From assembly GCA_016182565.1 (NCBI GenBank), contig JACPGI010000009.1:19154-83153 (forward strand): a DNA stretch of 64,000 nt. The letters run 5' to 3'. Under the pieces are notes generated by a model, which searched no databases, was not told the origin of the DNA, and saw only the letters and a list, made by a program, of their open reading frames with translations. Both the position numbers and the translations under genes were made by a program. Source of the stretch: a candidate division WWE3 bacterium. Lineage in GTDB: Bacteria; Patescibacteriota; WWE3; UBA101185; UBA10185. Of the stretch, positions 9,088 through 18,540 are shown piece by piece (position 1 is the stretch's first letter; each line of letters begins with the position of its first letter).

Positions 9088-10767
9088 ATGCATCCTATGC
9101 GCTGGAACATAAAATCAACTCAAGCATTAACTTCAAATTCTAAAGAAAGTTTTATAGATCTTTTACTTTCAAATAGGGGAATATCCTCAAAAGACAAAGA
9201 GTTATTTCTAAATCCTCCAAAAATATTTTCCATGCTAAAAGACTTACCTAAAGATTTTAGAGTTAATGCAAAAAAGGCTAAGGAATTAATCCTTCAAGCA
9301 ATTTCAAAAAATCAGCCAATTGTAATTCATGGGGACTATGATGCTGATGGTATTTGTGCTACTGCAATTTTACTTACTACCATCAGAAATGAACTTGGAT
9401 ACAAAAATTGTTTTGCATTTATCCCAAATAGATTTGAACATGGGTATGGTCTTTCCATAAAATCAATTGACGCTTCTCACAAAAATTTAAAAAAAGAAAT
9501 TGGTAAATTTGACAAGGTGCTTCTTATAACTGTAGATACCGGTATTACTTCGGTAGAGGAGACTTTATATGCTAAGAAAATTGGATTTGATGTGATTATT
9601 ACAGACCACCATCAAAAACCAGAAACCCTTCCCGAATATGATTGCCTTGTTTGGTGTGACGAGGTGGTAGGTTCTGGTGTAGCTTGGATATTGTCCAAAG
9701 TTTTAGGTTCAAAAAATCCTAAGGATTTAGCTCTTGTTGCTTTAGCTACTGTTACAGACTTACAACCCCTGTTTAGATATAACAGGTCAATTGTAAAAGA
9801 GGGTTTGGAAATTTTAAATACCAACCCCCCAACCGGGATAAAAATTCTAGCGCAAGTTGCAGGCAAAAACTCTTCTGAGATAACAACTTATGATTTGGGT
9901 TGGGTTTTTGGTCCAAGGTTAAATGCTACCGGAAGGATTGGTTCAGCAGATGATGCGCTTTTACTTCTACTTGAAAACGATGAAACAAAAGCTTTAGAAC
10001 ATGCAAAAAAACTAAATCAGCTAAATGTAGACCGCCAGGATAAAACTATGGAGATGTATGACTTGGCAACCGAAATCTCTTCTAAGGAGTTACCCCGAGT
10101 AATAATTTCTGCACACTCTGACTATCATGAGGGGATTATAGGATTAGTAGCTGCAAAACTTGTTCAAAAGCATTATAGACCAGCTATGGTGTTAAGTATT
10201 AATGGTGAATTGGCTAAAGGCTCTGTGAGATCTGTAACTGGTGTTGATATCATAGAATTTTTAAGAAAGATGGGGGATTTGTTTGAAAATGTTGGGGGGC
10301 ATCCTATGGCTGCTGGATTTACTATAAAAACTACCAAAATCGATGAATTAAGAAAGCGTACAGCCAAACTTGCAGCCGAATTTATTTTGGATATCTTTTT
10401 GGAACCAGAATTAACAGTGGATTTGAAAGTTTCGCTTTCTGATGTAAAACCCGAGTTTGTTAAAAAAATAAACATGTTAAAGCCTTTTGGTGTAGGAAAC
10501 CCTGCCCCTCTTTTTGTTGCTCAAGGTTTGGGGATTGTTGGGTTTGATAAAGTTGGTAAGGATGGTAGCCATCTTACTTTACAACTTATCTCTGAAGGGA
10601 AAGTATATAAAGCAATCTATTTTGGAAATGGTGCTTTAGCTGGTGAGTTAAAGCTTGGCAATACAATTGATATTGTTTTCGCTCCAGAACTTAATCTTTT
10701 TAAAGGTAAGGAATATTTAAATATTGTTATAAAAGATATACAAAAAGCAGACAGTCGCAAATTGTGA
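9088..10767 (+). CDS. recJ: Single-stranded-DNA-specific exonuclease RecJ (DHH/DHHA1)
   Basis: DHH motifs IVIHGDYDADGICATAIL, ITVDTGIT and IITDHH. DHHA1 GGH motif (GGHPMAAG). The ORF-track start at 8944 adds an implausible hydrophobic extension, so the internal ATG at 9088 is preferred. Confidence 0.85.
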   Translation: MHPMRWNIKSTQALTSNSKESFIDLLLSNRGISSKDKELFLNPPKIFSMLKDLPKDFRVNAKKAKELILQAISKNQPIVIHGDYDADGICATAILLTTIRNELGYKNCFAFIPNRFEHGYGLSIKSIDASHKNLKKEIGKFDKVLLITVDTGITSVEETLYAKKIGFDVIITDHHQKPETLPEYDCLVWCDEVVGSGVAWILSKVLGSKNPKDLALVALATVTDLQPLFRYNRSIVKEGLEILNTNPPTGIKILAQVAGKNSSEITTYDLGWVFGPRLNATGRIGSADDALLLLLENDETKALEHAKKLNQLNVDRQDKTMEMYDLATEISSKELPRVIISAHSDYHEGIIGLVAAKLVQKHYRPAMVLSINGELAKGSVRSVTGVDIIEFLRKMGDLFENVGGHPMAAGFTIKTTKIDELRKRTAKLAAEFILDIFLEPELTVDLKVSLSDVKPEFVKKINMLKPFGVGNPAPLFVAQGLGIVGFDKVGKDGSHLTLQLISEGKVYKAIYFGNGALAGELKLGNTIDIVFAPELNLFKGKEYLNIVIKDIQKADSRKL

Positions 10768-10777
10768 TTTGCGACTG
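10741..10777 (-). terminator. Hairpin (CAGTCGCAAAT-TGTG-ATTTGCGACTG) spanning the recJ stop codon. On the - strand it is followed by UCUGCUUUUUG. Candidate terminator for the - strand gene 10795..11013.
   Basis: 11-bp perfect inverted repeat. The U-tract is only on the - strand. Confidence 0.4.
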
Positions 10778-10794
10778 GATGTGTAAAAGGTGAC

Positions 10795-11013
10795 TTAATT
10801 TGCATACGAAAAGGAGCATCTTACTATATCTGGTCTTGATTCCCTTTCCCCATTTATACTATAGACAAGATATTTACCCTCTTTTAATAACTCTTTAAGT
10901 TTTTTATCAAACTCTCCCGCACTATGTACTGCAATGTTTCTTCTTGTGGTTGCTTGAAGGTTGTCACGTTCATTTGGTGTATCAAACACGTGAATTATTA
11001 CAGTTTGTTTCAT
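10795..11013 (-). CDS. Hypothetical 72-aa protein
   Basis: Strong SD (AAAGGAGTGAGGT) directly upstream of the ATG on the - strand. No TM. No motif I recognise. Confidence 0.5.
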   Translation of the reverse strand: MKQTVIIHVFDTPNERDNLQATTRRNIAVHSAGEFDKKLKELLKEGKYLVYSINGERESRPDIVRCSFSYAN

Positions 11014-11094
11014 ACCTCACTCCTTTGTTTATTTAATTGTTTATTTTAGGGGAAAGATTTATAGGACCTCCATTAGTATTACATGATTTTTGTA

Positions 11095-11129
11095 TTGACA
11101 GCAATAACTTAAAAATGTATCTTGCAATT
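11095..11129 (+). promoter_or_regulatory. Candidate sigma70-type promoter (TTGACA, 17 nt, TATCTT) for the aspS leader
   Basis: Perfect -35 hexamer and a 4/6 -10 hexamer with 17-nt spacing, about 150 nt upstream of the T-box core. Confidence 0.3.
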
Positions 11130-11134
11130 AGTAT

Positions 11135-11340
11135 AAAAAGCAATCGTAGGGATTGTGGCCCCCTATGGCTGGTAGGATGAACTCAAGTATTTCTACAGTA
11201 CTTTATAATAAGTTTTTACGAAATTCTTGAAAGTAAGCTTTCCCGGGCATGCCCGTTACAGCTGTAAATTAAGTAAAATGACTGGGTGGTACCGTCCACA
11301 CTTCTGGACCCTGGCAATAGTGCCAGGTTTTTTTGTACTT
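11135..11340 (+). promoter_or_regulatory. T-box riboswitch leader upstream of aspS. Core GGGTGGTACCG at 11284-11294. Antiterminator GTCCA/TGGAC flanked by GGG/CCC. Overlapping terminator CCTGGCA-ATAG-TGCCAGG plus U7 at 11310-11334.
   Basis: The sequence matches the T-box consensus AGGGUGGNACCGCG. A mutually exclusive antiterminator/terminator pair sits directly 5' of an aminoacyl-tRNA synthetase gene. The stem I specifier is not resolved (GAU at about 11183 is a candidate). Confidence 0.6.
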
Positions 11341-11362
11341 ATTTTGGTGCATAATTAGAACT

Positions 11363-12655
11363 ATGAAAAGAACATATATAAAAGATGTAAAAGCAAAAGT
11401 TGGTGAGACCGTTTGTATTAAGGGTTTTGTTCACACAATAAGAGACCAAGGCAAAATAAAATTTATGGTGATAAGAGACATCACCGGGTTTTGCCAAGTC
11501 GTAGTCTTAAAATCAGTAGAATCGGTTTTTGAAGCAGTAGCTGGCCTTAGTATTGAATCTGTAATCTCCGTTGAGGGGCTTGCCAAAGACGTTCCACAGG
11601 CTCCGGGCGGGTTTGAAATAGAGGCAATCTCCCTTGAGATATTATCCCTTGCTACACCAGAACTTCCAATACCTGTAGTTTCTGATAAAGGTGGTGACGA
11701 GACTGATATTACCTTAAGGCTTGACTGGAGACAGCTTGATTTAAGAAGGCCTGAGCGTAAAACTATTTTTAGAGTTTGGACAGCACTTGAACAAGGTTTC
11801 AGAGAGTATTTTGCTACTAATGGGTATTTTCAACTCTACTCACCAGCTTTTATGAACACTGCAAGTGAGAGTGGTGCTGAAGTTTTTGAAGTATCTTACT
11901 TTGAGAAAAAAGCCTACCTTGCCCAGTCTCCTCAGTTTTATAAACAAATGGCTATGTCTGCAGGATTTGAGAAGATTTTTATGGTTGGGCCGGTTTTTAG
12001 GGCTGAACCCTCTTATACTACAAGACATATGACAGAATTTACCGGTTGGGATTTTGAGTTTTCTTACGTAGAGTCTCACGAAGATGTTATGCGTGAACTT
12101 GAGGATGTTTTTATCTCAGGTTTTAAAAAAGTTAAGGAGGATGTAGGTATAGCAATAGAAATTCCATCAAAACCTTTTCCAAAAATGACAATGACAGAAG
12201 TGAAAGTAAAGCTTGCGGCAATAGGAATAAAAAGTGAAAAGGAGTTTGATATAAACCCAGAAGAAGAACGTGAGATTTGTAGGTTAGTAAAAGAGGAAAC
12301 CGGTAGTGACTTTTTATTTGTAACAGATTATTCAAAAGAAATTCGACCGTTTTATCATATGCGCCAAGGCAAAGACAATAAGCTAACAAAAAGCTTTGAT
12401 CTTTTGTATAAAGGTTTAGAAGTTGTGACAGGAGCTCAGAGAGAACATAGGTATGATGTATTAGTCGAGCAGGCAAAAGATAAGGGTATGGATATAACAT
12501 CTTTAGAGGATTACTTAAACTTTTTTAAATATGGTTGTCCACCTCACGGCGGAGTAGGTATAGGTCCAGGAAGAATTGTTATGAAGATACTAGATCTACC
12601 AAGTGTAAAAGAAGCTACATTTTTACCGCGTGATGTAAAACGTCTACGACCTTAA
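11363..12655 (+). CDS. aspS: Aspartyl-tRNA synthetase, archaeal/class IIb short type (likely non-discriminating)
   Basis: About 430 aa. N-terminal OB anticodon-binding domain. Class II motif 2 FRAEPSYTTRHMTEFTGWDFE. Motif 3 GGVGIGPGRIVM. The TTG at 11333 overlaps the terminator, so ATG 11363 is preferred. Confidence 0.85.
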   Translation: MKRTYIKDVKAKVGETVCIKGFVHTIRDQGKIKFMVIRDITGFCQVVVLKSVESVFEAVAGLSIESVISVEGLAKDVPQAPGGFEIEAISLEILSLATPELPIPVVSDKGGDETDITLRLDWRQLDLRRPERKTIFRVWTALEQGFREYFATNGYFQLYSPAFMNTASESGAEVFEVSYFEKKAYLAQSPQFYKQMAMSAGFEKIFMVGPVFRAEPSYTTRHMTEFTGWDFEFSYVESHEDVMRELEDVFISGFKKVKEDVGIAIEIPSKPFPKMTMTEVKVKLAAIGIKSEKEFDINPEEEREICRLVKEETGSDFLFVTDYSKEIRPFYHMRQGKDNKLTKSFDLLYKGLEVVTGAQREHRYDVLVEQAKDKGMDITSLEDYLNFFKYGCPPHGGVGIGPGRIVMKILDLPSVKEATFLPRDVKRLRP

Positions 12656-12686
12656 GTAGTTAATCTCAAAATAGAAAGGATCAATT

Positions 12687-13760
12687 TTGTTTGGTTATTC
12701 TTTGGATTTAAGTCAAAAATTTAAATTAAACTTAGTATTTCTTGCCATTAATTTTTTATGGTTTTTGGATGATTTTTATATATTTTTGAAAAGGGGTGTT
12801 TTAAGTCTTGGTCGAGTCAGCTTATACCTAATTTTAGTAACTTCCTTTTTTCAGGCTTTTTATTTAGAAACATCTGTACCAGATTTTGGTGCATATTCAT
12901 ACGTTTTGACCCCAACAGTGGGTAAAGTTTTAGGTGCTGCAACTACTGCCTATGAATATCCATTACTTATCTCTCAGAACTCAATAACCGATATTACTGC
13001 AACATCAATTTTTGTTAAAGATGTTACAAGCGGCAAAATCTTAATTGCTAAAGATGCCGATGTTAAAAAAGCTCCCGCATCCACAGTTAAATTAATGACT
13101 GCCCTTGTTGCATTTGATTTATATAAAACTAATGAGATAGTTTCAATTCCCGATATCTGTACAAAAATCGAAGGCCAAAAAAATGGTTTTAGTCCTGATA
13201 CCCAGTATAGATTTGAAGAACTTATAAGTAGTATGTTAATAAATTCCTCTGCAGATGCCGCTTGTGCACTATCTCTTGGTAAGACTACTTATGTTGATTT
13301 TGTAGAACGCATGAATGTGAAGTCCCGTACGCTCTTTTTAGATTCTACTCATTTTACAAATCCTATCGGGCTTGATGATTTAAATGGCGACCAATTTTCA
13401 ACAGCACAGGATCTGTATGCATTGTCAATTGAGGCTCGAAAAACCCCACTAATAAAGCAGTTAGTTTCTACCAGGGAAAAAGTTATTCAGAGTCTACCTG
13501 ATCCGAAAAAAGGGATTCTTAGTGAGGAAATAAAAGTTTTAAATACTAACAAATTACTTTGGGAAGTTTCGGGTACTGTTGGCATCAAAACTGGTAAAAC
13601 TGAGGCAGCCGGAGAAGTTTTAATCTATGAGTATGATAAAGACGCAAAGAATTTAATTATTGTAGTAATGGGAAGTCAAGATAGATTTACAGATACAAAA
13701 AAGATTTTGGATTGGGTACTTACAAATTATGTTTGGGAAGATAAAGAAAAGCAGATTTAA
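12687..13760 (+). CDS. D-alanyl-D-alanine carboxypeptidase (peptidase S11, PBP5/6-like), membrane-anchored
   Basis: SxxK (ASTVK), SxN-like (NSSAD) and KTG (KTGKT) motifs. N-terminal TM. Confidence 0.75.
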   Translation: MFGYSLDLSQKFKLNLVFLAINFLWFLDDFYIFLKRGVLSLGRVSLYLILVTSFFQAFYLETSVPDFGAYSYVLTPTVGKVLGAATTAYEYPLLISQNSITDITATSIFVKDVTSGKILIAKDADVKKAPASTVKLMTALVAFDLYKTNEIVSIPDICTKIEGQKNGFSPDTQYRFEELISSMLINSSADAACALSLGKTTYVDFVERMNVKSRTLFLDSTHFTNPIGLDDLNGDQFSTAQDLYALSIEARKTPLIKQLVSTREKVIQSLPDPKKGILSEEIKVLNTNKLLWEVSGTVGIKTGKTEAAGEVLIYEYDKDAKNLIIVVMGSQDRFTDTKKILDWVLTNYVWEDKEKQI

Positions 13761-13761
13761 A

Positions 13762-14946
13762 TCATTTATTTTTTGTAGTTTGCCCTTGCCCCTGAGCAGC
13801 ACCACTAGTTTTTACATATTGCCCGCTTATTGCAGGGTAATACAAGGAAATATCCCCAGTGATACCATTGTCACCGGTAAAGTTTCCTTGAAAAACATAA
13901 ATCGGCTGTAAAAATTTTTGAGGTTTGGTGTTATCGTAATAGGCCATGTATACATCATTGATAAGTATCTTTTGGATTTTAACCGGTGGACTATCTACAA
14001 ATGGGCTCGCTCCCGATGGGGTGACATTTGCTATAACACCCTTATTTTGAGCTATTTGATCCCAAGCCGCACTTATAGGAATCGCTGGATATGTGGCTAC
14101 CTCTTTTTCATCAGTATTTATTTCCCAGTAATAAGATTCGATAAGTGGGAAACTTAATTGGGGGAATTGTGGTTTATCATCATATGCTCTTATAAAAATT
14201 CTAAGAAGGCCTTTTTTTGGGTCAGGACCAAGTATTGGATAATCTACAATCTTTCTAAAAAAGTCTACTCTTGCCAGTTGGGCCTCAAGGGGTGAATCTG
14301 CTTTAACTACCCCATTTGATTTAAATTTTCCATAGGCAACAGTTTGACTGCCTCTATCTGGGTTAGTGTATAAAAAGTCTTGAAATCTCCCAATTTGTTT
14401 AAATACTTCTTTTGCCTTTTCAATAACACTTTCTTTGTTCATGAATTTTCCTGCTGGAAAAAAGCTTCCTTTACCTGTCAGTGGTGTGACAAGTTGCATT
14501 GTGTTTGTAGTAAGATCAATTTTTAAGCTTCCTCCAAATTGAACATCTTGCCATTCAAAAGTAGTTGCATTAAGTGGGGAAGTTCTGTTTTCTTCGCCAA
14601 ATCCAAGAAAAAGTGCATCTTTTTGAGCTTTTTCACCAGCGCCAAAAGACAACCTCGGTAGGATAAACTTATAAACCTTCACAACATTTGGGATATTTGT
14701 AGGTAGTTGACCTGTACGGGTGTTTAGCACATATTGCGGAGTGGAGTTTAAAGTTGGTGCAGCTGTAAATTCAAGAGGATCAAGATAACCAAAACCAATG
14801 GTAGGTAAGTTTTTTGGTGGAAATATGGTAAGGTAAAGGTTTCTTGTAGGCTCTTTTGATACCAGAAATATAAGATAAAGTGTCATCAATGTAGCCACTA
14901 TTAGAACTATTTTTTTTGTTAGTTGGGCAACTTCTACAAGTCTCAT
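13762..14946 (-). CDS. Hypothetical signal-anchored extracytoplasmic protein (about 395 aa)
   Basis: The only - strand gene in this stretch. N-terminal TM (IVLIVATLMTLYLIFLV), then a Gly/Pro/Thr-rich soluble domain with no motif I recognise. GTG at 14967 is an alternative start. Confidence 0.55.
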   Translation of the reverse strand: MRLVEVAQLTKKIVLIVATLMTLYLIFLVSKEPTRNLYLTIFPPKNLPTIGFGYLDPLEFTAAPTLNSTPQYVLNTRTGQLPTNIPNVVKVYKFILPRLSFGAGEKAQKDALFLGFGEENRTSPLNATTFEWQDVQFGGSLKIDLTTNTMQLVTPLTGKGSFFPAGKFMNKESVIEKAKEVFKQIGRFQDFLYTNPDRGSQTVAYGKFKSNGVVKADSPLEAQLARVDFFRKIVDYPILGPDPKKGLLRIFIRAYDDKPQFPQLSFPLIESYYWEINTDEKEVATYPAIPISAAWDQIAQNKGVIANVTPSGASPFVDSPPVKIQKILINDVYMAYYDNTKPQKFLQPIYVFQGNFTGDNGITGDISLYYPAISGQYVKTSGAAQGQGQTTKNK

Positions 14947-14993
14947 AACTTGAGTAAATTTTAACACAGTAAGGTGTGTGTTAAAATTGCCTT

Positions 14994-16454
14994 ATGACAG
15001 TTAGAACAAGAATGGCTCCAAGTCCTACGGGTGAATATCATATAGGTCACATTCGAACCGTGCTATACAATGTAGCCCTATCAAAGAAAATGGGCGGAAA
15101 ATTCTTACTCAGGATTGAAGATACAGATAGACATAGGTATGTAGAAGGCGCTACCGATAGAATTCTAGATGTGATAGGGGACTATGGCTTATCTTGGGAT
15201 GAAGGTCCTAGAGTGGGTGGTGAGTTTGGACCATATATACAATCTGAAAGGCTTTCCCTATATGAAAAGTATGCGAAAGAACTTATTGCAAAGAAAAACG
15301 CCTATTATTGTTTTTGCAGTGAGGAGAGCCTTAATGAGTTAAGAAATTCGCAACAGGCTAAAGGTATGCCTTCAACTAAATATGACAAAAAGTGTTTGAA
15401 TTTGTCAGAGGAGGAGATTAAAAAGAATTTGTCTGACGGTAAGCCCTATGTGATTAGACTAAACGTGCCTGCCAATAGGGATGTTACTTTTCATGATGAA
15501 GTTTTTGGTGATATCACAATAAATACTGACTCTATTGATGACCAGATACTACTAAAAAGTGATGGTTATCCGTCTTATCATTTGGCAGTCGTTGTAGACG
15601 ATCATCTTATGAATATTACCCATGTGATGAGAGGGAATGATTGGATCCCATCTACCCCAAAGCATGTTTTATTGTATGAAGCATTTGGGTGGGAACAGCC
15701 AAAGTATATTCACCTTCCCAACTTAAAAGAAAAAGGTGGTACTAAGAAATTATCTAAAAGGTTTGGACCTGTTAGTGCAATTCAATTTTTGGAAGAGGGT
15801 TATCTTGCGGAGGCACTTTTGAATTTTCTTATGTTTCTAGGTTGGAATCCAGGTACCGAGAAAGAAATTTACTCTCTAGAAGAATTTATAAATGATTTTG
15901 ATATTTCACGGATTCATAAAACTGATCTTGTGGCTTTTGATAGGGAAAAGCTTTTGTGGATAAATGGATATTACATCCGCCAACTTTCACCCGAAGATTT
16001 ACATACCGTATTTTTAAACTGGGCAAATAAATTCTCTATTGTATTAAATCCGGGTTTAATTGATAGAAATATTGGACCAAAAGTTTTAAGTCTTGTTCAA
16101 GAAAGAGTCAAAAAATTATCAGAGGTTTCTGCTATGACTCCATATTTTTTTGATAATCCAAAAGTTGATTCAACACTTCTTAGTGAATTTGCAAAGGAAG
16201 CAAACCCAAAAGATATTCTGACGAATTTTTGGCTATTTTATAAAAATATTGTAAATTGGGATAAAGAAAATTTGGATACACTTTCCCACGATTTTATAAA
16301 GAAAAAAGGTTACAAACCCAAAGAGGCCTTTATGACCCTACGAATTGCAGTGACTGGAGCTGTAGCTACACCCCCACTTTTTGACACATTAGAGTTTATT
16401 GGTAAAAAGACAACTTTATTGCGAATCGAGTCTGCAATTAAGATTTTGAGCTAA
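14994..16454 (+). CDS. gltX: Glutamyl-tRNA synthetase
   Basis: HIGH-region APSPTGEYHIGHIRT. KMSKS-like KLSKR. Class I catalytic core plus the C-terminal anticodon-binding domain. Confidence 0.9.
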   Translation: MTVRTRMAPSPTGEYHIGHIRTVLYNVALSKKMGGKFLLRIEDTDRHRYVEGATDRILDVIGDYGLSWDEGPRVGGEFGPYIQSERLSLYEKYAKELIAKKNAYYCFCSEESLNELRNSQQAKGMPSTKYDKKCLNLSEEEIKKNLSDGKPYVIRLNVPANRDVTFHDEVFGDITINTDSIDDQILLKSDGYPSYHLAVVVDDHLMNITHVMRGNDWIPSTPKHVLLYEAFGWEQPKYIHLPNLKEKGGTKKLSKRFGPVSAIQFLEEGYLAEALLNFLMFLGWNPGTEKEIYSLEEFINDFDISRIHKTDLVAFDREKLLWINGYYIRQLSPEDLHTVFLNWANKFSIVLNPGLIDRNIGPKVLSLVQERVKKLSEVSAMTPYFFDNPKVDSTLLSEFAKEANPKDILTNFWLFYKNIVNWDKENLDTLSHDFIKKKGYKPKEAFMTLRIAVTGAVATPPLFDTLEFIGKKTTLLRIESAIKILS

Positions 16455-16500
16455 AACTATTCATTGACCTTATAGAGGCGAAAATCTAAACTAAGTGTAA

Positions 16501-18069
16501 ATGTTTTTTACTAAAACTGCCCCAAAACAAGATGAGTCAAAAAAAGGTGCATACATTGCAACTTTAGCTGACAATTACCTTCAAAACACACTCCACACAC
16601 TAAATGACCAATTTGTGAAAGATTTTTTACGGGGACAGTTTGCGTCTTTGAAATATACTTTAACGGGGTATGATCCGACCGATCTAACCTATGATGAAAA
16701 ACTTAAACTTATTGCCTTACTCTATGAACTAAACATAAAAGAAAAAGGAATCGGTAATGCTAAGAGTGAAATAGAAAAAATCGGATTACAGATTAAGGAT
16801 AGACTTGGAGTTATTTCTGCTTTTAATGATGGGATTAAAGACTTACCCGATGGTGTTTTTTCGGTTCATCGTATAGAAGGGTTACCCCCAGAACAACTTA
16901 AGGAAAAACTTAAACTTTGCATTTTTGAGCTTGATAAGATTAGAGAGCAAGTGCACATAAATGTGGATGATAGGACTACCCAACTTGCTGCCGAGAAAGA
17001 TGTTCTTGAGGCAATTTTATACAATGCAAGTGATGGGGTGTTTGCTTTAGATAGGGCAGGTAGGATTATAACTTTTAATAAGGCGATGGAGGATTTGACT
17101 GGCTATACATTTAATGAAGTTGAATTAAAACTTGCCGATGAAATTATTCGTATTTTTGAGGATGCTAAACCCCTTGAAACAAAAGTGTATTGTGCAATGC
17201 CCGGGATTTCTTCGGAGAAGGCTGCTTTTTCTAGCGAAAAAATAACACTGGTTGCCAGAAACGGTGGCAAGAAATATGTGAAAATGACAAGCACAACTAT
17301 ACAAGAGGGTCCCGAGGTAAATATTGGTTGTGTCGTTACATTAAAAGATGTTACAAAAGATATTGAACTTGAAACAATGAAACTTGATTTTGTTTCTATT
17401 GCTGCCCACGAACTTAGAACCCCACTAACTTCTATGCGAGGTTACCTATCTTTTCTTACTGATGACATAAAAACGACACTAGACGATTTACACCAGAAGT
17501 ATTTAGAAAAAGCTTCAATTGCTGCGGATCAATTACATGTATTAATTGAGAATTTACTAAATATCTCAAGAATTGAACGAGGAACTTTAGTGCTTGAAAA
17601 AACCAGCCAAAATTGGGTCTCACTTGTAAGAAGTGCCGTAGATCAATTTAAGGTAAGTGCTAGTACTGGGAAGGTAACCCTTACATTTATGCAAACAAAA
17701 TCTACTATTCCGGAAGTTTATGTTGATAGAACAATGATTTTGGAGGTTTTATCTAATTTATTAGAAAATGCGATTAGATACACTCCAGAGGGTGGTCGTG
17801 TGACCGTAATTGTGGAAGAGTCAAATAATATGGTTGTAACTCATATTAAAGACACTGGAATTGGTATTCCCCAGGCATCAATTCCACATTTGTTCAAAAA
17901 GTTTTATAGGGTAGCTACGGTTTTGAAAGAAGGTAAGAAAGGCACTGGGCTTGGTCTTTTTATTTCAAAAGAAGTTGTGAAATTACATAGGGGGGAAATT
18001 TGGGTTGAAAGTAAAGAGGGGGAGGGAAGTACATTTAGTTTTAGCATTCCGGAAGCTAGTGCAGAGTGA
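16501..18069 (+). CDS. Cytoplasmic sensor histidine kinase (PAS, HisKA, HATPase_c), no TM segments
   Basis: H-box AAHELRTPLTSMRGY. N/G boxes LENAIRYT, DTGIGIP and GTGLGLFISKEVV. PAS-like region around ASDGVFALDRAGRIITFNKAMEDLTGY. Confidence 0.85.
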   Translation: MFFTKTAPKQDESKKGAYIATLADNYLQNTLHTLNDQFVKDFLRGQFASLKYTLTGYDPTDLTYDEKLKLIALLYELNIKEKGIGNAKSEIEKIGLQIKDRLGVISAFNDGIKDLPDGVFSVHRIEGLPPEQLKEKLKLCIFELDKIREQVHINVDDRTTQLAAEKDVLEAILYNASDGVFALDRAGRIITFNKAMEDLTGYTFNEVELKLADEIIRIFEDAKPLETKVYCAMPGISSEKAAFSSEKITLVARNGGKKYVKMTSTTIQEGPEVNIGCVVTLKDVTKDIELETMKLDFVSIAAHELRTPLTSMRGYLSFLTDDIKTTLDDLHQKYLEKASIAADQLHVLIENLLNISRIERGTLVLEKTSQNWVSLVRSAVDQFKVSASTGKVTLTFMQTKSTIPEVYVDRTMILEVLSNLLENAIRYTPEGGRVTVIVEESNNMVVTHIKDTGIGIPQASIPHLFKKFYRVATVLKEGKKGTGLGLFISKEVVKLHRGEIWVESKEGEGSTFSFSIPEASAE

Positions 18070-18093
18070 CGCAAAATACTCTAATATAAGTAT

Positions 18094-18540
18094 ATGAGCA
18101 AAAAAATATTATTAGTTGAAGATGATGCTTTCATCCGAGATCTTTATCAGACCGTTTTGTCTAGGGCTGGTTATGAGATAGAGATGGCAAATGATGGAGA
18201 AGAGGCTGTAAATATGGCGTCTTACAAGATATATGATTTAATTTTATTGGATGTAATGCTTCCAAAACTTACGGGTCTTGAAGTTTTGAAGCACTTACGG
18301 ACAGACACCGAGCGCACGAAAGAAACTCCGATCTATCTTCTTACCAATCTAGGTGATGAAAACATTATCAACGAAGCTTATAAGCTAGGTGCAAACGGTT
18401 ATTTACTAAAAGCTAAATACTTGCCAAAACAGCTAGTAGAAGAGGTAGATAAATTCTTTGTTTCAAACAGCAAGCCTGAGGGACTAAATTCTTCTACAGG
18501 AGGAGTTCCATTGACAGGTGATTCAATTTCTCTTGGATAA
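18094..18540 (+). CDS. Single-domain response regulator (CheY-like receiver plus a short C-terminal tail, no DNA-binding domain)
   Basis: Acidic pocket LVEDD, phospho-acceptor DLILLDVMLP and the conserved K in LLKAKY. Confidence 0.8.
   Translation: MSKKILLVEDDAFIRDLYQTVLSRAGYEIEMANDGEEAVNMASYKIYDLILLDVMLPKLTGLEVLKHLRTDTERTKETPIYLLTNLGDENIINEAYKLGANGYLLKAKYLPKQLVEEVDKFFVSNSKPEGLNSSTGGVPLTGDSISLG

Noticed and set aside
11333-11362. TTG start of aspS at 11333
   Set aside because: It lies inside the U-tract of the T-box terminator. The downstream ATG at 11363 gives a typical AspRS N-terminus (MKRTYIKDV...).
13729-14157. + strand ORFs 13729..13911 and 13918..14157
   Set aside because: They are antisense to the 400-aa - strand gene. 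They are short and lack signals.
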